The notes: generated by a model not told the origin, from the letters alone. A stretch of 64,000 nucleotides of DNA from Octopus vulgaris (GCA_951406725.2 CATOCA020000001.1:10602001-10666000), one strand, 5' to 3'. Shown: positions 13,386 to 27,380, counted from the stretch's first letter. Numbers and translations are program-made.

Positions 13386-13620
13386 CATATATATATACAC
13401 ACACACACACACGTATATTTATTAGTGTGTGTTATTGTGTGTGCATACATATGACCTTTCCTTCTTTTATTATATACCCTAACACTAACCCTATGTATGT
13501 ATATGTATATTTGTGTGTATAAATATACACTCATATACGTATAAAAAGAGAAGGCAAGATTATGCTCTATCTCTCACTCACTCAATGTGTGTTGTGTGTA
13601 CATATATGTATATATATGAT
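11573..13620. repeat. Local rearranged duplication of microsatellite-rich blocks
   Basis: tagatgcacaacaga block at ~11573 and ~12915; agagaaagacgtggaagg block at ~12264 and ~12840; gattatgctctatctctcactcactcaatg at ~12136 and ~13558. Confidence 0.75.
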
Positions 13621-13621
13621 G

Positions 13622-13695
<74 letters not shown>

Positions 13696-13698
<3 letters not shown>

Positions 13699-13868
13699 AA
13701 ACTTCAGTTTATCTAAAGTATTATTCATAGCTGAATGCTCTTCTTGACACTAATAAACCTAACAACAGTCATTGTGTTGTGTCTCTAGGTTAGCTACATT
13801 CCTCTGCTTACATCTTGAGCTATAAATCTGTGGATCATACCCCAGCTAGGGTGGGGGACACTTTATAT
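13696..13868 (+). repeat. Unclassified ~150-170 bp interspersed repeat, inverted copies in each array unit (e.g. 35843-35998)
   Basis: Reverse-complement match ccccaccctagctggggtatgatccacagatt...cattcagcta. Starts TGTAAA and contains AATAAA, so possibly an LTR fragment. Confidence 0.6.
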
Positions 13869-14702
13869 AGAAAAACAAATTGAGTGTAGTGGGTGCTTTT
13901 TATGTGCCAGGGGAGGCTGGCAACGACCACGATCGGTTGGTGCTTTTTTCGTGCCACCGGCAATCATCATCATCATCACCATATACTGTCCACCTTCCAT
14001 GAATTCATGAGTAAGATGGATGACAGGAGCCGTCCAGGTAGGAAAAACTACCCTGGGCTATTGTCTATTTAGGAAAGGGATTTTACAGCTGGATGCTCTT
14101 CCAAACATCAACCACCAGTTTTTTCCCACTGTATGACACCTTGAGCAAGTACCTTCTTCTAAATCCCATGGCTGATCAAGGCTTCTGAGTGGATTAAATA
14201 GAGATAATCTGAGAGAAGCCCATCGTACACCACTGGACAATATCTGAGGACCAGTGAAAAAACTGCCAAAATGAAGTGTCTGTGTGTTTGTGTGAGTGTA
14301 CGTATGCATATATATATGCACACACCTGCTTGAGTGTGTGTGTGTATGTTTCCATTTGCTTTCACTGAAAATTGCTCAGCTATGAACGATTATCATTTTC
14401 CCTGTTAATAGACAAACCATTGGAATAAGTGATCCCTTGAACAACAGGTAAGGGTTAATAACATGAAGGGGATCCAGATCCAAAAAGAATGGATCAATAA
14501 TATACTCATACAACCCATGGTAGTATGGAGAAAAGGTGTAAAATGATTGCTTTATATGCATATACGTACATATATAAGTCTATGTATGTGTATACTCGTG
14601 TGCATGTGTGAGTAGCTGTATGGCACAGTGATTCGGGTGTTACCCTCACAATAGCTAGATCGTGGCTTTGATTCTTGCAATGCCCTTCCTTTCCCAAGGG
14701 AA

Positions 14703-16827
14703 GAAACGACAGAGGTTCGAGTCTCAAGCCATTAGAAAAGCCAGCTTAAGAGAATATATGTTAACAGAACAACTTCAAAGTGACGCAGATAGAAATGCCT
14801 GCTACAGAGAAGAGGAAACATCAAAGTAACGACAAGTCAGGTTGGAATTTAAAACTTTATCTTTTGGAGAGGAGCGACTAGTAACCTTTAACTAAGATCT
14901 TAATACATAAGCATTACGATAGATGTTTTATGAATACATTTGTGTAGAGTACACACTGGGTCAAAGGTCGAGTGAGCGCTTGTATATATTATAAGTACAC
15001 AAATTTGGTGATTTGTTTAGTCGACTTCTTTTCCTCAAGAGCTTCATGCATTAGTGAACAGTCAACAGCGTTGGAGACCATGGAGATTAAATTTCTGAAT
15101 ATTTGAAAAGAGTTTCCTGTATCATTGTAATTTTTGGTGGATATCAAAATGCCGACATCATGACTGATGCTCAATGCTCTGTGAATACTGTAAAGGCTGT
15201 GAGATGTGACACACGCATGAGACTGTGAATCTGTAGCTACTGGGAAGGGACATAGTAGGAGTTCTGATTGTGTCTGCACCACACCACAATTCATTGCCAC
15301 ATCGTTGAGCAGGTAGTGAGTTACGCTCTTCACAGACAGCTTTGTGAAACTGCTGCAGACTGGGATCAAACTCTGGCTGGAAGGATTGCCATTGGAAGGT
15401 CATATGTGTGGCAGCAAGATTCATCTCTTCGTCATACCGCTGGAAGGAACCAGACGTGATTGTTGGAGATTTTCTACGACTGCCCCCAGCCCGAATTTCT
15501 GGTCTTCTAATTCCCCTGATTGTAATACCCTGGATGACTATGTGAGGGGCGCAATTGAGAAAGATACCAACCACTCTTCCTGCAGCGCTAAGTCCAAGCT
15601 GATGACCAAGATCAAAGAGGGGTTCGAAAATCTCCCCAAGGACACAGTGAGGAACGCATATGCCAGGCTTTGAAGATGTGTTGAGGCTGTGGTGGAAGTG
15701 AAGGGCAGATAATTTCAGGAAACCTTTATCTCTCAGCCAAAACCTAGTTTTGACAGGTTTTGAATTTTTAAAACGCTTATTTTTGGATGTGATAAGGAGT
15801 TTTATTTTCCTTTTGTGAAAACTGTCAAATGTATACATACACTCATTGCATATGTATACATATCTATATACATATATTTAAATGTATATGTATACACAAA
15901 TACACATACACGCATGTGTATGCCTATCCATTTAGATATTTATTCACATTTGTTGCAGCTTTGCAATATTGTATGCTAAAAGTATTCCACAAGGGACATC
16001 CAGGAATCGCAAGAATGAAAGCACTGATGAGAAGCTAAGTTTACTGGTTGAATATGGATCAGGAAATTGAAATTGGTGAAGGCCTGCAGGGGTTGTGCCC
16101 TGGCAACAAAAAGCACTACCTATAAAAGTTCAGCCTTGGCCCAAGACTGACATAGAGTAGAGGACCGATAAATTGAAGGCATTATCTATTAGCTGTGGAC
16201 AGTTACACGAAATGGCCAGAAATATGTAAATGTAGGAAGCCAACCTCCAAAGTGGCAATGCAATTTCTGGACGAACATTTTGCGCGATATGGCACCCCAG
16301 ACAATATAGTGTCTGAAAGCGGAACATAGTTGACATCGAAAGAATTAATAAGCTTTTACAAAATGCATGCAATGGACCATATTACTACTTGGCCATAACA
16401 TCCGAGATCGAATGGACTAGCGGAACGTTTTGTAGACAAGTTTAAGAGGACGCTAAAAAAACCCAGCTAGGAATGAGATACTAGTTCATACTGCATTGAC
16501 GCATTTCTTAAGTGTCTACCGAATAACACCTAACCCCAACACCACTTCAGGTATGTCGCCGGCTGAACTATTGTTCGCCAGGAAAGTCAGGTCAGTGCTC
16601 GACAAATTACTACCGGGAAGAAAAGGTGGGGGAAAATAAAAGGAAACACCGAAAATAAGATAAAATACTTCAAATTCGGTGACAAGGTGTTTTTGCTTTT
16701 AAATATACAGAAATGGAGAGGAAAGTTGGGAAGAAATTATAATAAGTAAACGTTTTGGAAAAATAACGTAAATGGTAAAAGGTGAAACGTGGGAACACAT
16801 TTAAACCAACTGAAAAAAAAGAACTGT
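14703..16827 (+). repeat. Segmental duplicate of 352-2471 (Helitron + mariner + Gypsy remnants)
   Basis: Near-identical sequence and ORFs, e.g. 1476..1685 vs 15829..16038. Confidence 0.95.
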
Positions 16828-17413
16828 GTGAACATTTAATGTGGTTTTAGAGTCAGGTTTTAGCTGCTATATCTAGCAGCTAAGTTATAATTTTGATAAT
16901 AATTATTATCTATGAGGTTTTCATTCCCATGCAGGCCATTATTATTAGTTATATAAATTTACATATATATATATACACATACATCAATACAAACATATAT
17001 ACATATATATATATGTATGTGTGTGTGTCTGTGTGTGTATGTATGCATGCTGTATGTATGTATGTATGTATGTATGTATGTATGTATGTATGTATGTATG
17101 TATGTTTGTATGTATGTATGTATGTATGTATGTATGTATGTATGTATGTATGTATGTATGTATATACCTTTTAACGCTGAGCAGCGGTGCATGGTACTGG
17201 AATATTTAATTAAATATAACACATTAAAGGCTTTCAGAATATGATTATGTCTTGGAGTATATTATTACAAATTTTTAGACGAAACATTCGACGTAAGTTC
17301 TTATTGTATCGCTCTTTCTTGCCGAACTGGTAAGTTATGCGAACATAATCACACAGACACACATATATGTAAACACACGCATGCACAAAAACATATATCT
17401 ATATATATATCTA

Positions 17414-17492
<79 letters not shown>

Positions 17493-17636
17493 CAATAAAG
17501 GTCTTTGCCACAAGTTGATTGACCACATACCGAAAAGACCCCTATTGTTATTGTTATAATATAATTATATACTCTTTTCCCGAATATGGGCCTTGATTTT
17601 ATTAAATTAATTATATTTCACCATTTATCTGTAATG

Positions 17637-17682
<46 letters not shown>

Positions 17683-18001
17683 TTTATTTGTGTATATACT
17701 GTGATATGCTTATGCTTATATATACATATACACAGGTACCTATGTAGTCATAAAGGCATATATATGCAGGCATATACATCTATAGATATATGAAAATATA
17801 TACAAATGCTGACAAGTGTGTGTGTGTATAGATTTGATAATTAATGATAATGATGATGATGATGATGATGATAGTCGTTTAATGGCTTAAAATAATAATA
17901 GCCTCCAGTTGGGCAAAACAATTTTTTGTAAAGTCAGGTTTAAAGTCAGCAGGTGATAAACACTATTCAACAATTACAAAATAAGTGACACACCCAACCA
18001 T

Positions 18002-18055
<54 letters not shown>

Positions 18056-18976
18056 ACCATTACACACACACACACACACACACACATCCAGCTAATACCT
18101 TGTTACTAATGTTTAGAGCCCTGCCCAGGAGCTTCACATTCCGCGTTCGAATTCCACCAATGTCAACTTTGACTTTTATGCTTTTAGGGTCGATTAAATA
18201 AGGACCAGTTGAATATGGAGGTCGATATAAAAGGAAAGAAAATCTCATCGAAGTTGCTTCTATGTTTCTTATCAAATGTCCGTACTGTAATTGTTTTCAG
18301 AACCTTCTTAACAAGCTGCAAACATTTATATATATATATATTATATTAAATTAGAGATAAAATCACTATTAGGCAAATCTAACAGTGAAAAACATAAGCC
18401 AATGCATAAAATTGATTTAAAAATATAAAAGTTAAAATTTAAAAAATTATTTAAATAATTTAAACTTATAAATTTTAAATATATATATACAAATACATAT
18501 ATATATATATATATATGTGTGTGTGTATGTATGTATATTTTTATATTTATATATTATTTTATTCATTAATTAATTTTTTTTTATTATATAAGTATCAAAA
18601 TTATTAAAAGTTGTAATACTTTTGATATTTATATGATAATAAAATAAATTAATAAATAAATAATTAAATAAATTAATAAATTATTAAATAAAATAATATA
18701 TAAATATAAAAGATACATACATACACACATTTATATATATATATATATTTGTATATATATATTTAAAATTTATAAGTATAAATTACGTAAATAATTTTTT
18801 AAAGTTTAACTTTTATATTTTTAAATTAATTTTATGTTTTTCACTGTTTGATTTGTCTAATAGTGGTTTTATCTCTAATTTAATATGATACAATATAATA
18901 TATTTATACTATAAAATTGGATTTAATCCTGAAGATAATTTTTCCCAGTAACTTTGGATTTATTCCCTAATATTAT

Positions 18977-19013
<37 letters not shown>

Positions 19014-19124
19014 CGGGCTTCTTTCAGTTTCCGTTCACCAAATTCACTCACAAGATTTTGATGGCCCAAGGCTACAGTAAACACACTTGCCTAAATAGCC
19101 TCACACGCTCTTTCTCTCCTTCTC

Positions 19125-19158
<34 letters not shown>

Positions 19159-19762
19159 GGTGTGTTTATGTCCGCGTAACTTAGCTGTTCAGCAAAACAG
19201 ATCGATAGGATAAGTACTCGGCTTACAAAGGATATGTCCCCGGATTGATTTGTTTGACTGGAGGCGGTGCTGCAGCATGGCCTCAGTCAAATGCCTCAAA
19301 ATATAGGGGAATGAACAAAAGAATATAGAGGGGGAGACGTATGTGGGTGTATATAGAGTTGTTTACTGGGATCTGGGATAGAAGTATAATTTTTTTTTTT
19401 AAAGCGACTTCAGTTGTTAATGTTAAGTCAAGTGTAACAACACTCTTCGCTTATTGTGGCATAAGTCACACAAACACCTTTTCTTCGATTCGCACACACA
19501 CAGGCACACCTGTTTCATACTAACAATTACTACTAGAGACACACTCAATGACTTGTTAGTAATATTTATAACTATTCCTTGGTAATTTACATTCTGGGTT
19601 CGAATCCCGTCACCTTTTTTCATTTGAGGGTCGATACAATTCCCTCAAGATTAACTTTGGCGTCGATATAATTAATTAGCAAAAGTTAAAACCTTATAAT
19701 TGTAGTAAGCAGAATTATTTGTAGCTCGAGGTGCACCTTGTAGATGATTATTCTATTTATAT
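16824..19762 (+). repeat. Segmental duplicate of 27228-30053
   Basis: Colinear from ctgtgtgaacatttaatgtgg to gatgattattctatttatata, except 16960-17490 vs SINE A at 27381-27781. Confidence 0.9.
18343..18886. repeat. ~540-bp AT-rich imperfect palindrome (foldback)
   Basis: Left arm atattaaattagagataaaatcactattaggcaaatctaacagtgaaaaacataa... pairs with right arm ...ttatgtttttcactgtttgatttgtctaatagtggttttatctctaatttaatat. Centre near 18610. Confidence 0.9.
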
Positions 19763-19763
19763 A

Positions 19764-19856
19764 GAATATATTGCTATTTTTTTGGCTATAACTCTCTAAA
19801 AATGCTTTATAGTTATTTCCCTTACAAACCCAAGCAACGCCGGGCGATACTGCTAG
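19764..19856 (+). mobile_element. Helitron 3' terminus
   Basis: GC-rich imperfect hairpin cccaagcaacgccggg followed about 8 nt later by CTAG then T. Confidence 0.65.
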
Positions 19857-19982
19857 TTAGGTATAATTTTGTTCCCTTAAATTTCCTCACATATATTTAT
19901 TTCAACCTTTCTATTCTTATAAAAATGGTGGACATTTTTATAGTTTATATAATGGCTTGAGAAAAACATAAATGGGAATAGA

Positions 19983-19994
19983 AGAGCATGTGTA

Positions 19995-20045
<51 letters not shown>

Positions 20046-20055
20046 CATTTGTATG

Positions 20056-20108
<53 letters not shown>

Positions 20109-20116
20109 CATTTGTA

Positions 20117-20188
<72 letters not shown>

Positions 20189-20195
20189 ATTTGTA

Positions 20196-20236
<41 letters not shown>
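19983..20236. repeat. Compound minisatellite gagcatttgtatgtgc-(AT)n-(AG)n, about 4 units
   Basis: Direct inspection. Confidence 0.85.
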
Positions 20237-20239
<3 letters not shown>

Positions 20240-20844
20240 TAAAAACGGTAAGATAACAAAAGAAAGAAAGAGACCTCAATATTATGTAAATAGAGGAAAT
20301 TCTCTATAAAATATGTTACAATTACTCAATAGAATATTCTATGTAATATGCTTCCATATTAAATTTTTCTGTGTGTAAGAGTCCTCAACCGATGTTAGGC
20401 GATAAACCAAATATGCCGTATTAGCTCTTAGTGAATATATATATAAATGCACAAATAATTTACATTATGAAAACATGCTATAAGTTAATAATTACTGACT
20501 AATTAGAGTAGAAATACGTACATGACTTTAAAAAAATATTTGGGTTTATATGATTGATTAAACACCCAAGTCTAAGCTCCAGCGTGGCCACAACCCAATG
20601 CTTTAAATAATAAAACGCATGACCCACATATCATATGTATAACTTGAAATCTCTCCACCACCAACACCGTTTAGTCTCTTAATCTCTCCCTCTCCCTCTC
20701 TCCCTCTCTTTCTCTCTCTATAAACGACAAACCAACTTTTCAATTATTATTCACCTCTTTCTCCTTTACAAATCTACACTTTTATATAATCATTTTATTT
20801 CGTCATCTATTCTACTGGTAATTCCAGAGAAATCAAACATAATT

Positions 20845-21070
20845 CCCTATTCTACTCTCGGTACAAGACCCGAAATTTTGGAGGAGGAGGCCAGTCGATT
20901 AGGTCGACCCCAGTACGTAACTGGTACTCAATTTATCGACAGCGAATGGATGAAAGGCAAAATTGACCTCGGCGGAATTTGACTTCAGAACATAAAGACA
21001 GACGAAATACCGCTTAGCATTTCGTAATTTTTTTTCTTTCCCACAAGGGGACAACACAGAGGGGACAGTA
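20845..21070 (-). mobile_element. SINE type D
   Basis: Same core as 6145-6620. Confidence 0.7.
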
Positions 21071-21119
21071 CAATCTGATATGGGGTCAGATTTAACGTAT
21101 GAATCGACACAAAGATGGA

Positions 21120-21415
21120 TTTTAAAATTTTACATAAATATGAAGAGTTCGGATGATAAAATATACAACATTACAGAATAGAGTGGGGGGACGGGATGTG
21201 CTTGGACCCCACGAGCGCTGCCTCCCCACTGATGCTTTGGGTTCATCCTGCATTGTATTCATGCAGTTCCATCCGTACGCAGCTTTCGGGCGACATTCTT
21301 CCATCGATCTTGAAACATTTTCGCGGACAGGCATTTTCTCTCAAACCCTATTTTCCTTCTTAGGTGGAAGGTGGAGAAATTAAACAACCCAGGGGCAGAG
21401 ATAGAATGCCTATTA
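21120..21415 (-). mobile_element. 3' end of an L1/Tx1-like LINE
   Basis: Minus strand FHLRRKIGFERKCLSAKMFQDRWKNVARK*, resembling the Tx1 ORF2 C-terminus, followed by a 3'UTR-like tail. Confidence 0.5.
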
Positions 21416-21495
21416 TTAACCCTATTTTTAATTCACACAGCAGTTTAGAGACTCCGCCGTTCGTGCATAATAAACTTTATAATCATTCTAAACAA

Positions 21496-21710
21496 TAAGG
21501 CGGCGAGTTGGCTGAAACGTTAGCACGCCGAGCGAAATGCGCAGCCGTATTTCGTCTGCCGTTACGTTCTGAGTTCAAATTCCGCCGAGGTCGACTTTGT
21601 CTTTCATAATTTGGGCTCGATTAAATAAGTACCAGTTACGCACTAGGGTCGATATAATCGATTACCCCCTTCCCCACATATTTTCAAGTCCTTGTGCCAA
21701 GAGAAGAAAT
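21496..21710 (+). mobile_element. SINE type D, full head
   Basis: GGCGGCGAGTTGGC..AAACGTTAGCACG head, GAGTTCAAATTCC box B and TAAGTACCAGTT core. Confidence 0.8.
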
Positions 21711-21959
21711 AATAATTCTAGACAACATGAAATAATCCTCAGAAGACATCCATCTGATAGATAATATTTAAGATTGCGAGAAAACATATTTAATGCATTC
21801 CACATCAAAATGTTAACATAGGATAAAGAAGTGGAGAGAGAAATGTATGCAGTCACCCACTTTTTGAATGTTTAAACAATTCATACTCTTTCCTACGAGA
21901 TATAAATATTATTTCAAATACGAGAACAATTATATTTAGATGCAAAATTCAAGAAATAT

Positions 21960-22400
21960 TCTTTTCTACTCAATACACAAGGACCCAGATTTGGGGCGAA
22001 GTGGCCAGTAGATAAGTGTAATACCAGTACGCGACCAGTACGAAAGGATGAAAGGCAAAGTCGACCTCGGCGGAATTTGAACTCAGAAAATAAAAACAGA
22101 CGAAACATCGCTAAGCGTTTCGCCCGGCGTGCTAACGTTTCTGCCAAGCTAGCTGCCTTTTCTTTTCTACGATAGGCACAAGGCGAGGGGACAAGTTGAT
22201 TGGATCGACACCAGTATGCAACTGGTATTTAATTCATCGACCCCAAAAGGATAAAGTGTAAAGTCAACCTCGGTGGAATTTGAACTCAGAACGTAAAGAC
22301 GGACGAAATGCGTTGCAGCATTTCGTCCGGCGTGCTAACGTTTCTGCCAGCTCACGCCTTAAATTAAATAAAAATTATTTTCTACTCTAGGCATAAGTGG
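21960..22400 (-). mobile_element. Two head-to-tail SINE type D copies
   Basis: Two successive rc copies, each ending ggcgtgctaacgtttctgcca. Confidence 0.8.
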
Positions 22401-22513
22401 AGGGAGCCTGATGCTCGAGAAAAATTTAAAACTCTTGTACGTACGTACGTACGTACGTACGTACGTACATACATACATACATACATACATACATACATAC
22501 ATACATACATACA

Positions 22514-22549
<36 letters not shown>

Positions 22550-22554
22550 TATAT

Positions 22555-22675
22555 CAAGTTAATCCAAACAAGAAAGCACAAAAAACACAACAACGAAAGG
22601 ACGTGGAACAAATATAGTATTATTGGACGCTCAGGAAAGAAGGAAAGATCCAGAGAAGGGAAGACAGAGGGAAAA

Positions 22676-22720
<45 letters not shown>

Positions 22721-23742
22721 GTAAACTCTATTTCCAGCCCTTCTACATTTGTATTTCTCAAGATAAGATTCAAGACAAGAAAATTTTTTTTTACCTTATT
22801 TCAAATGGTTTCGATGCTGGAGAAACTTGGGATTCGTGTTTCCTCACGAAGCGAAAGGATATAAATGTTTCTTAGTTAGTTAATAAGCAGGAGGTGACTA
22901 CTCTTATTCAATTTCGTGCCACACCCTGACTAACACAAGATCTTTTATTCAAATTTGAATGCTCTTTACAATTTGTCATGTCAAAGTATAATTCAATTCA
23001 TTTCGTATGACGTAACCTCTCCATAATTGTCTGAAAACCTATGCGCATATATATATATATATATATATGGATAAGAATATATATATATATGTATGTGTGT
23101 GTGTGTGTGTGTACATATGTATGTAGATTATATAAAACCCACTTAAATCTTGTCAAACCAGTTTTCTTGTAAAATTTTCATACACACACACAAAACACAG
23201 CCACACCTACACAGACTTTGGAAAGGTGAGTGATCCTGTGATTAGGTCATGTAGCCCCTGATTTCGTGCTTATGATTTCGATTTCCAGCTTTGAGGTCCT
23301 GAAACAAATACCTAATTTCAAATTGTTCCAGTCAACAGAGCTGAAAATAAATAACCCTGTGTTCGACTGGTTCCCTGTTTAGGGAGAATGTCATTGTCTT
23401 GGTCACTTATAAACCTTAGTCCTGAAAACAGCGTCAAGAATTGCAGTGTGACCAGCAAGAAATAATGACGTCCGATTATCCGGACGGTTGAGTGACTATA
23501 TAAATATATTATGCATGTATGTATGCATGTATGTGTGTATGTATGTATGTATGTATGAATGCATGTATGCATACATGGTTATCTATGTATTATGTGTATA
23601 TGCATGCATGTATGTATGTGTTATATATGTATGTATGTACGTATGTATACATGTATGTGTGTGTATATGTATGTATTATGTGTATAAGTATGTATATGTA
23701 AGTGTTACGTATGTATGCAAGCATGTATATATATATATATGC

Positions 23743-23780
<38 letters not shown>

Positions 23781-23966
23781 TATGTGAAAATGTATGTATG
23801 TATGTGTGTATGTATGTATATGTGTATGAATGCATGTTTGCATACATGGGTATATATGTATTATGTGTATATGCATGTACGTACGCGTTATATATGTATG
23901 TATGTACGTACGTATGTATAAATGTATTACGTATGTATGCAAGCATGTATATATATATATGTATGC

Positions 23967-24014
<48 letters not shown>

Positions 24015-24130
24015 TATGTGAAAATGTATATATATATATATATATCCCTTCTTTCCTGAGCGCCCAATAATACTTTATCTGTTCCACATCCTCGCGTTGT
24101 TGTCTTTTGTTTTCTTGTTTGGATTAACTT
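22555..24130. repeat. Inverted pair of an ~90-bp repeat (22555-22647 and 24046-24130)
   Basis: aagttaatccaaacaagaaa...ttattggacgctcaggaaagaagg vs ccttctttcctgagcgcccaataa...tttcttgtttggattaactt. Confidence 0.8.
23131..23231 (+). promoter_or_regulatory. Candidate Pol II core promoter and non-coding first exon
   Basis: TATAAAA at 23131, Inr-like CCAGTT with A at 23160 (29 nt downstream), consensus donor AAG|GTGAGT at 23225/23226. Confidence 0.4.
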
Positions 24131-24132
24131 TA

Positions 24133-24225
<93 letters not shown>

Positions 24226-24292
24226 GTGGGGCGAGAGCAGGCAAAAACACAAAATTCAATGTCAAAGGAAGAGGAACGGAATCTCTCCAAAA

Positions 24293-24480
24293 AAGCGGTG
24301 AACTGGCAGAAATGTTAGCACGCCGAGCAAAATTCTTAGCGGTATTTCGTCTGTTTTTAAGTTTGCCTTTCATTATGTCTGGGTCAACAAATTAAGTACC
24401 AGTTGCTTAATGAGAGTCGATCTAATCGACTGGCCTTCTCCCCCAAAATATTAGGCCTTCTATCTAGAGTAGAAACGAAA
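24293..24480 (+). mobile_element. SINE type D, internally deleted
   Basis: Head gcggtgaactggcagaaatgttagcacgcc and taagtaccagtt core. Confidence 0.7.
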
Positions 24481-24579
24481 AGAATAACTGCTAATGAATG
24501 GTTCCACACTCCTCAAGATTTGGAATGGCAAAGTAGAACCTTACAACTGGATTCAGTTGACGGCGGCTATACCCAGGAC

Positions 24580-25225
<646 letters not shown>

Positions 25226-25709
25226 AAATTAGTTAGCTAGCTAGACAGATAGATAGATAAATTGATGGAAAAGTGTGGGTACATATGTACTTGTGTTTAA
25301 CCTGTTTTCCTAACTATGACCTAAAAGTTGATCTAACATTTGAAAAGAGACAAGTTTCTTTAGATTATAAATTTAATGAGCGTGAGTTGAGATATTTTAG
25401 AATTTCTTTAGAAATGTCAAAGAAAGGAAATAGTGAGTCAACATTGAATGTATTTTACATTGTGTACGAGACCGGATTTTGAAAATTATATATCTATATA
25501 CGCATATGAATGAGAGTGTATGAATGTATGTATATAAGTATATATAGTTATATATGCAAGTAAGTATATTGCTGTGTATGTATGCATGTATGGGCAGGTA
25601 TGTATATACCTACGTATGTATTCACCGTTGTCTGTATTCATATATACATGCAACTACTTATTGTGTATGCATGTAGGCAGTTTCGTATATAGGCATATAT
25701 GTATGCATG

Positions 25710-25743
<34 letters not shown>

Positions 25744-25948
25744 TGTATGTATGTATGTATGTATGTATGATGAAGATGAAGGCTGTCTATTCCTGATCGA
25801 AGAAGGCGGTCACTGACCATTGCCTACATTGCCTGCAATATATATATTTATGAATATATGTGTCTGTGTGTTTATGTGTATATCTTTTGTGTAAGTGTCC
25901 AAATGTGTTTGTGTATGTAGATCCTATATATATATATATATATATATA

Positions 25949-26325
25949 AGGAGTGGCTGTGTGGTAAGTAGCTTGCTAACCAACCACATGGTTCCGGGTT
26001 CGGTCCCACTGCGTGGCATCTTGGGCAAGTGTCTTCTGCTATAGCCCCGGGCTGACCAATGTCTTGTGAGTGGATTTGGTAGACGGAAACTGAAAGAAGC
26101 CTGTCGTATATATATGTATATGTGTGTGTTTGTGTGTCTGTGTTTGTCTCCCTAGTATTGCTTGACAACCGATGCTGGTGTGTTTACGTCCCCGTCACTT
26201 AGCGGATCGGCAAAAGAGACCGATAGAATAAGTACTGGGCTTACAAAGAATATGTCCCGGGGTCGATTTGCTCGACTAAAGGCGGTGCTCCAGCATGGCC
26301 GCAGTCAAATGACTGAAACAAGTAA
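25949..26325 (+). mobile_element. SINE type A
   Basis: Matches the family consensus. Confidence 0.85.
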
Positions 26326-26477
26326 AAAAAAATATATATATATATGTATATATATATATATTTATATATAAGCATCTACATACACATACACTTTTAGACA
26401 CTTACGTATAAGTCGTTTAGTATGTCTAAATGTTGAGTATATGCATCTACATATGTGTGTGTGTATATATGCATATA

Positions 26478-26675
26478 CTCTTTTACTCTTTTACTTGTTT
26501 CAGTCATTTGACTGCGGCCATGCTGGAGCAAAGCCTTTAGTCGAGCAACTATATACATATATACGACGGGCTTCTTTCAGTTTCCGTCTACCATATCCAC
26601 TCACAAGGTTTTGGTCGCGCCTAGACTATAGTAGGAAACACTTGCCCAAGGTGCCACACAGCCACTCCTACGCCT
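26478..26675 (-). mobile_element. SINE type A, internally deleted
   Basis: Tail, part of the body and head end joined. Confidence 0.7.
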
Positions 26676-26901
26676 ATAATATATATATATTTATATAAAC
26701 ATATATATATATATATATATATAAGTACATTAATATACATACATTCTCATATATGCATTACATATATAACATTTTTAAAAATTCAAAGGAAAGGCAGACA
26801 CAGCGATAAACGTGCATGGATGTGTAGAAGGTTTATGTACACGTATATGTAAGTATGTATATATGTATGTACGTGTTTATGCCTCCCTATATGTATATAT
26901 A

Positions 26902-26953
<52 letters not shown>

Positions 26954-27073
26954 TACATACATATATATATATATATATACTTACGTATATATATATACAT
27001 ACATATATATATACACATATATATACATAAAATTATTAAAATTGTGAATAAGGGTATGTAAGAGATAGCATCA

Positions 27074-27282
27074 TGCTAGACATAGCAGTCAAAACTTCAC
27101 TCTAAAACCACATTAAATGTCCCTACAGCACCAGGAGGGAAGACAAAAAGACAAAATAAACAAACAAAAAAGATAATAATAAACTCGTTTGCTAGTTTAC
27201 TTTCTTTCTTTCTCCTCTCCCCTGGTGCTGTGTGAACATTTAATGTGGTTTTAGAGTCAGGTTTTAGCTGCTATATCTAGCA
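27074..27282. repeat. Inverted repeat, ~62-bp arms (MITE/foldback-like)
   Basis: tgctagacatagcagtcaaaacttcactctaaaaccacattaaatgt...cagcaccagg vs cctggtgctg...acatttaatgtggttttagagtcaggttttagctgctatatctagca. Confidence 0.8.
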
Positions 27283-27380
27283 GCTAAATTATAATTTTGA
27301 TAATTATTATCCATGAGGTTTTCATCCCCATGCAGGCCATTATCATTAGTTATATAAATTTACATATAGGAGTTGCCATA

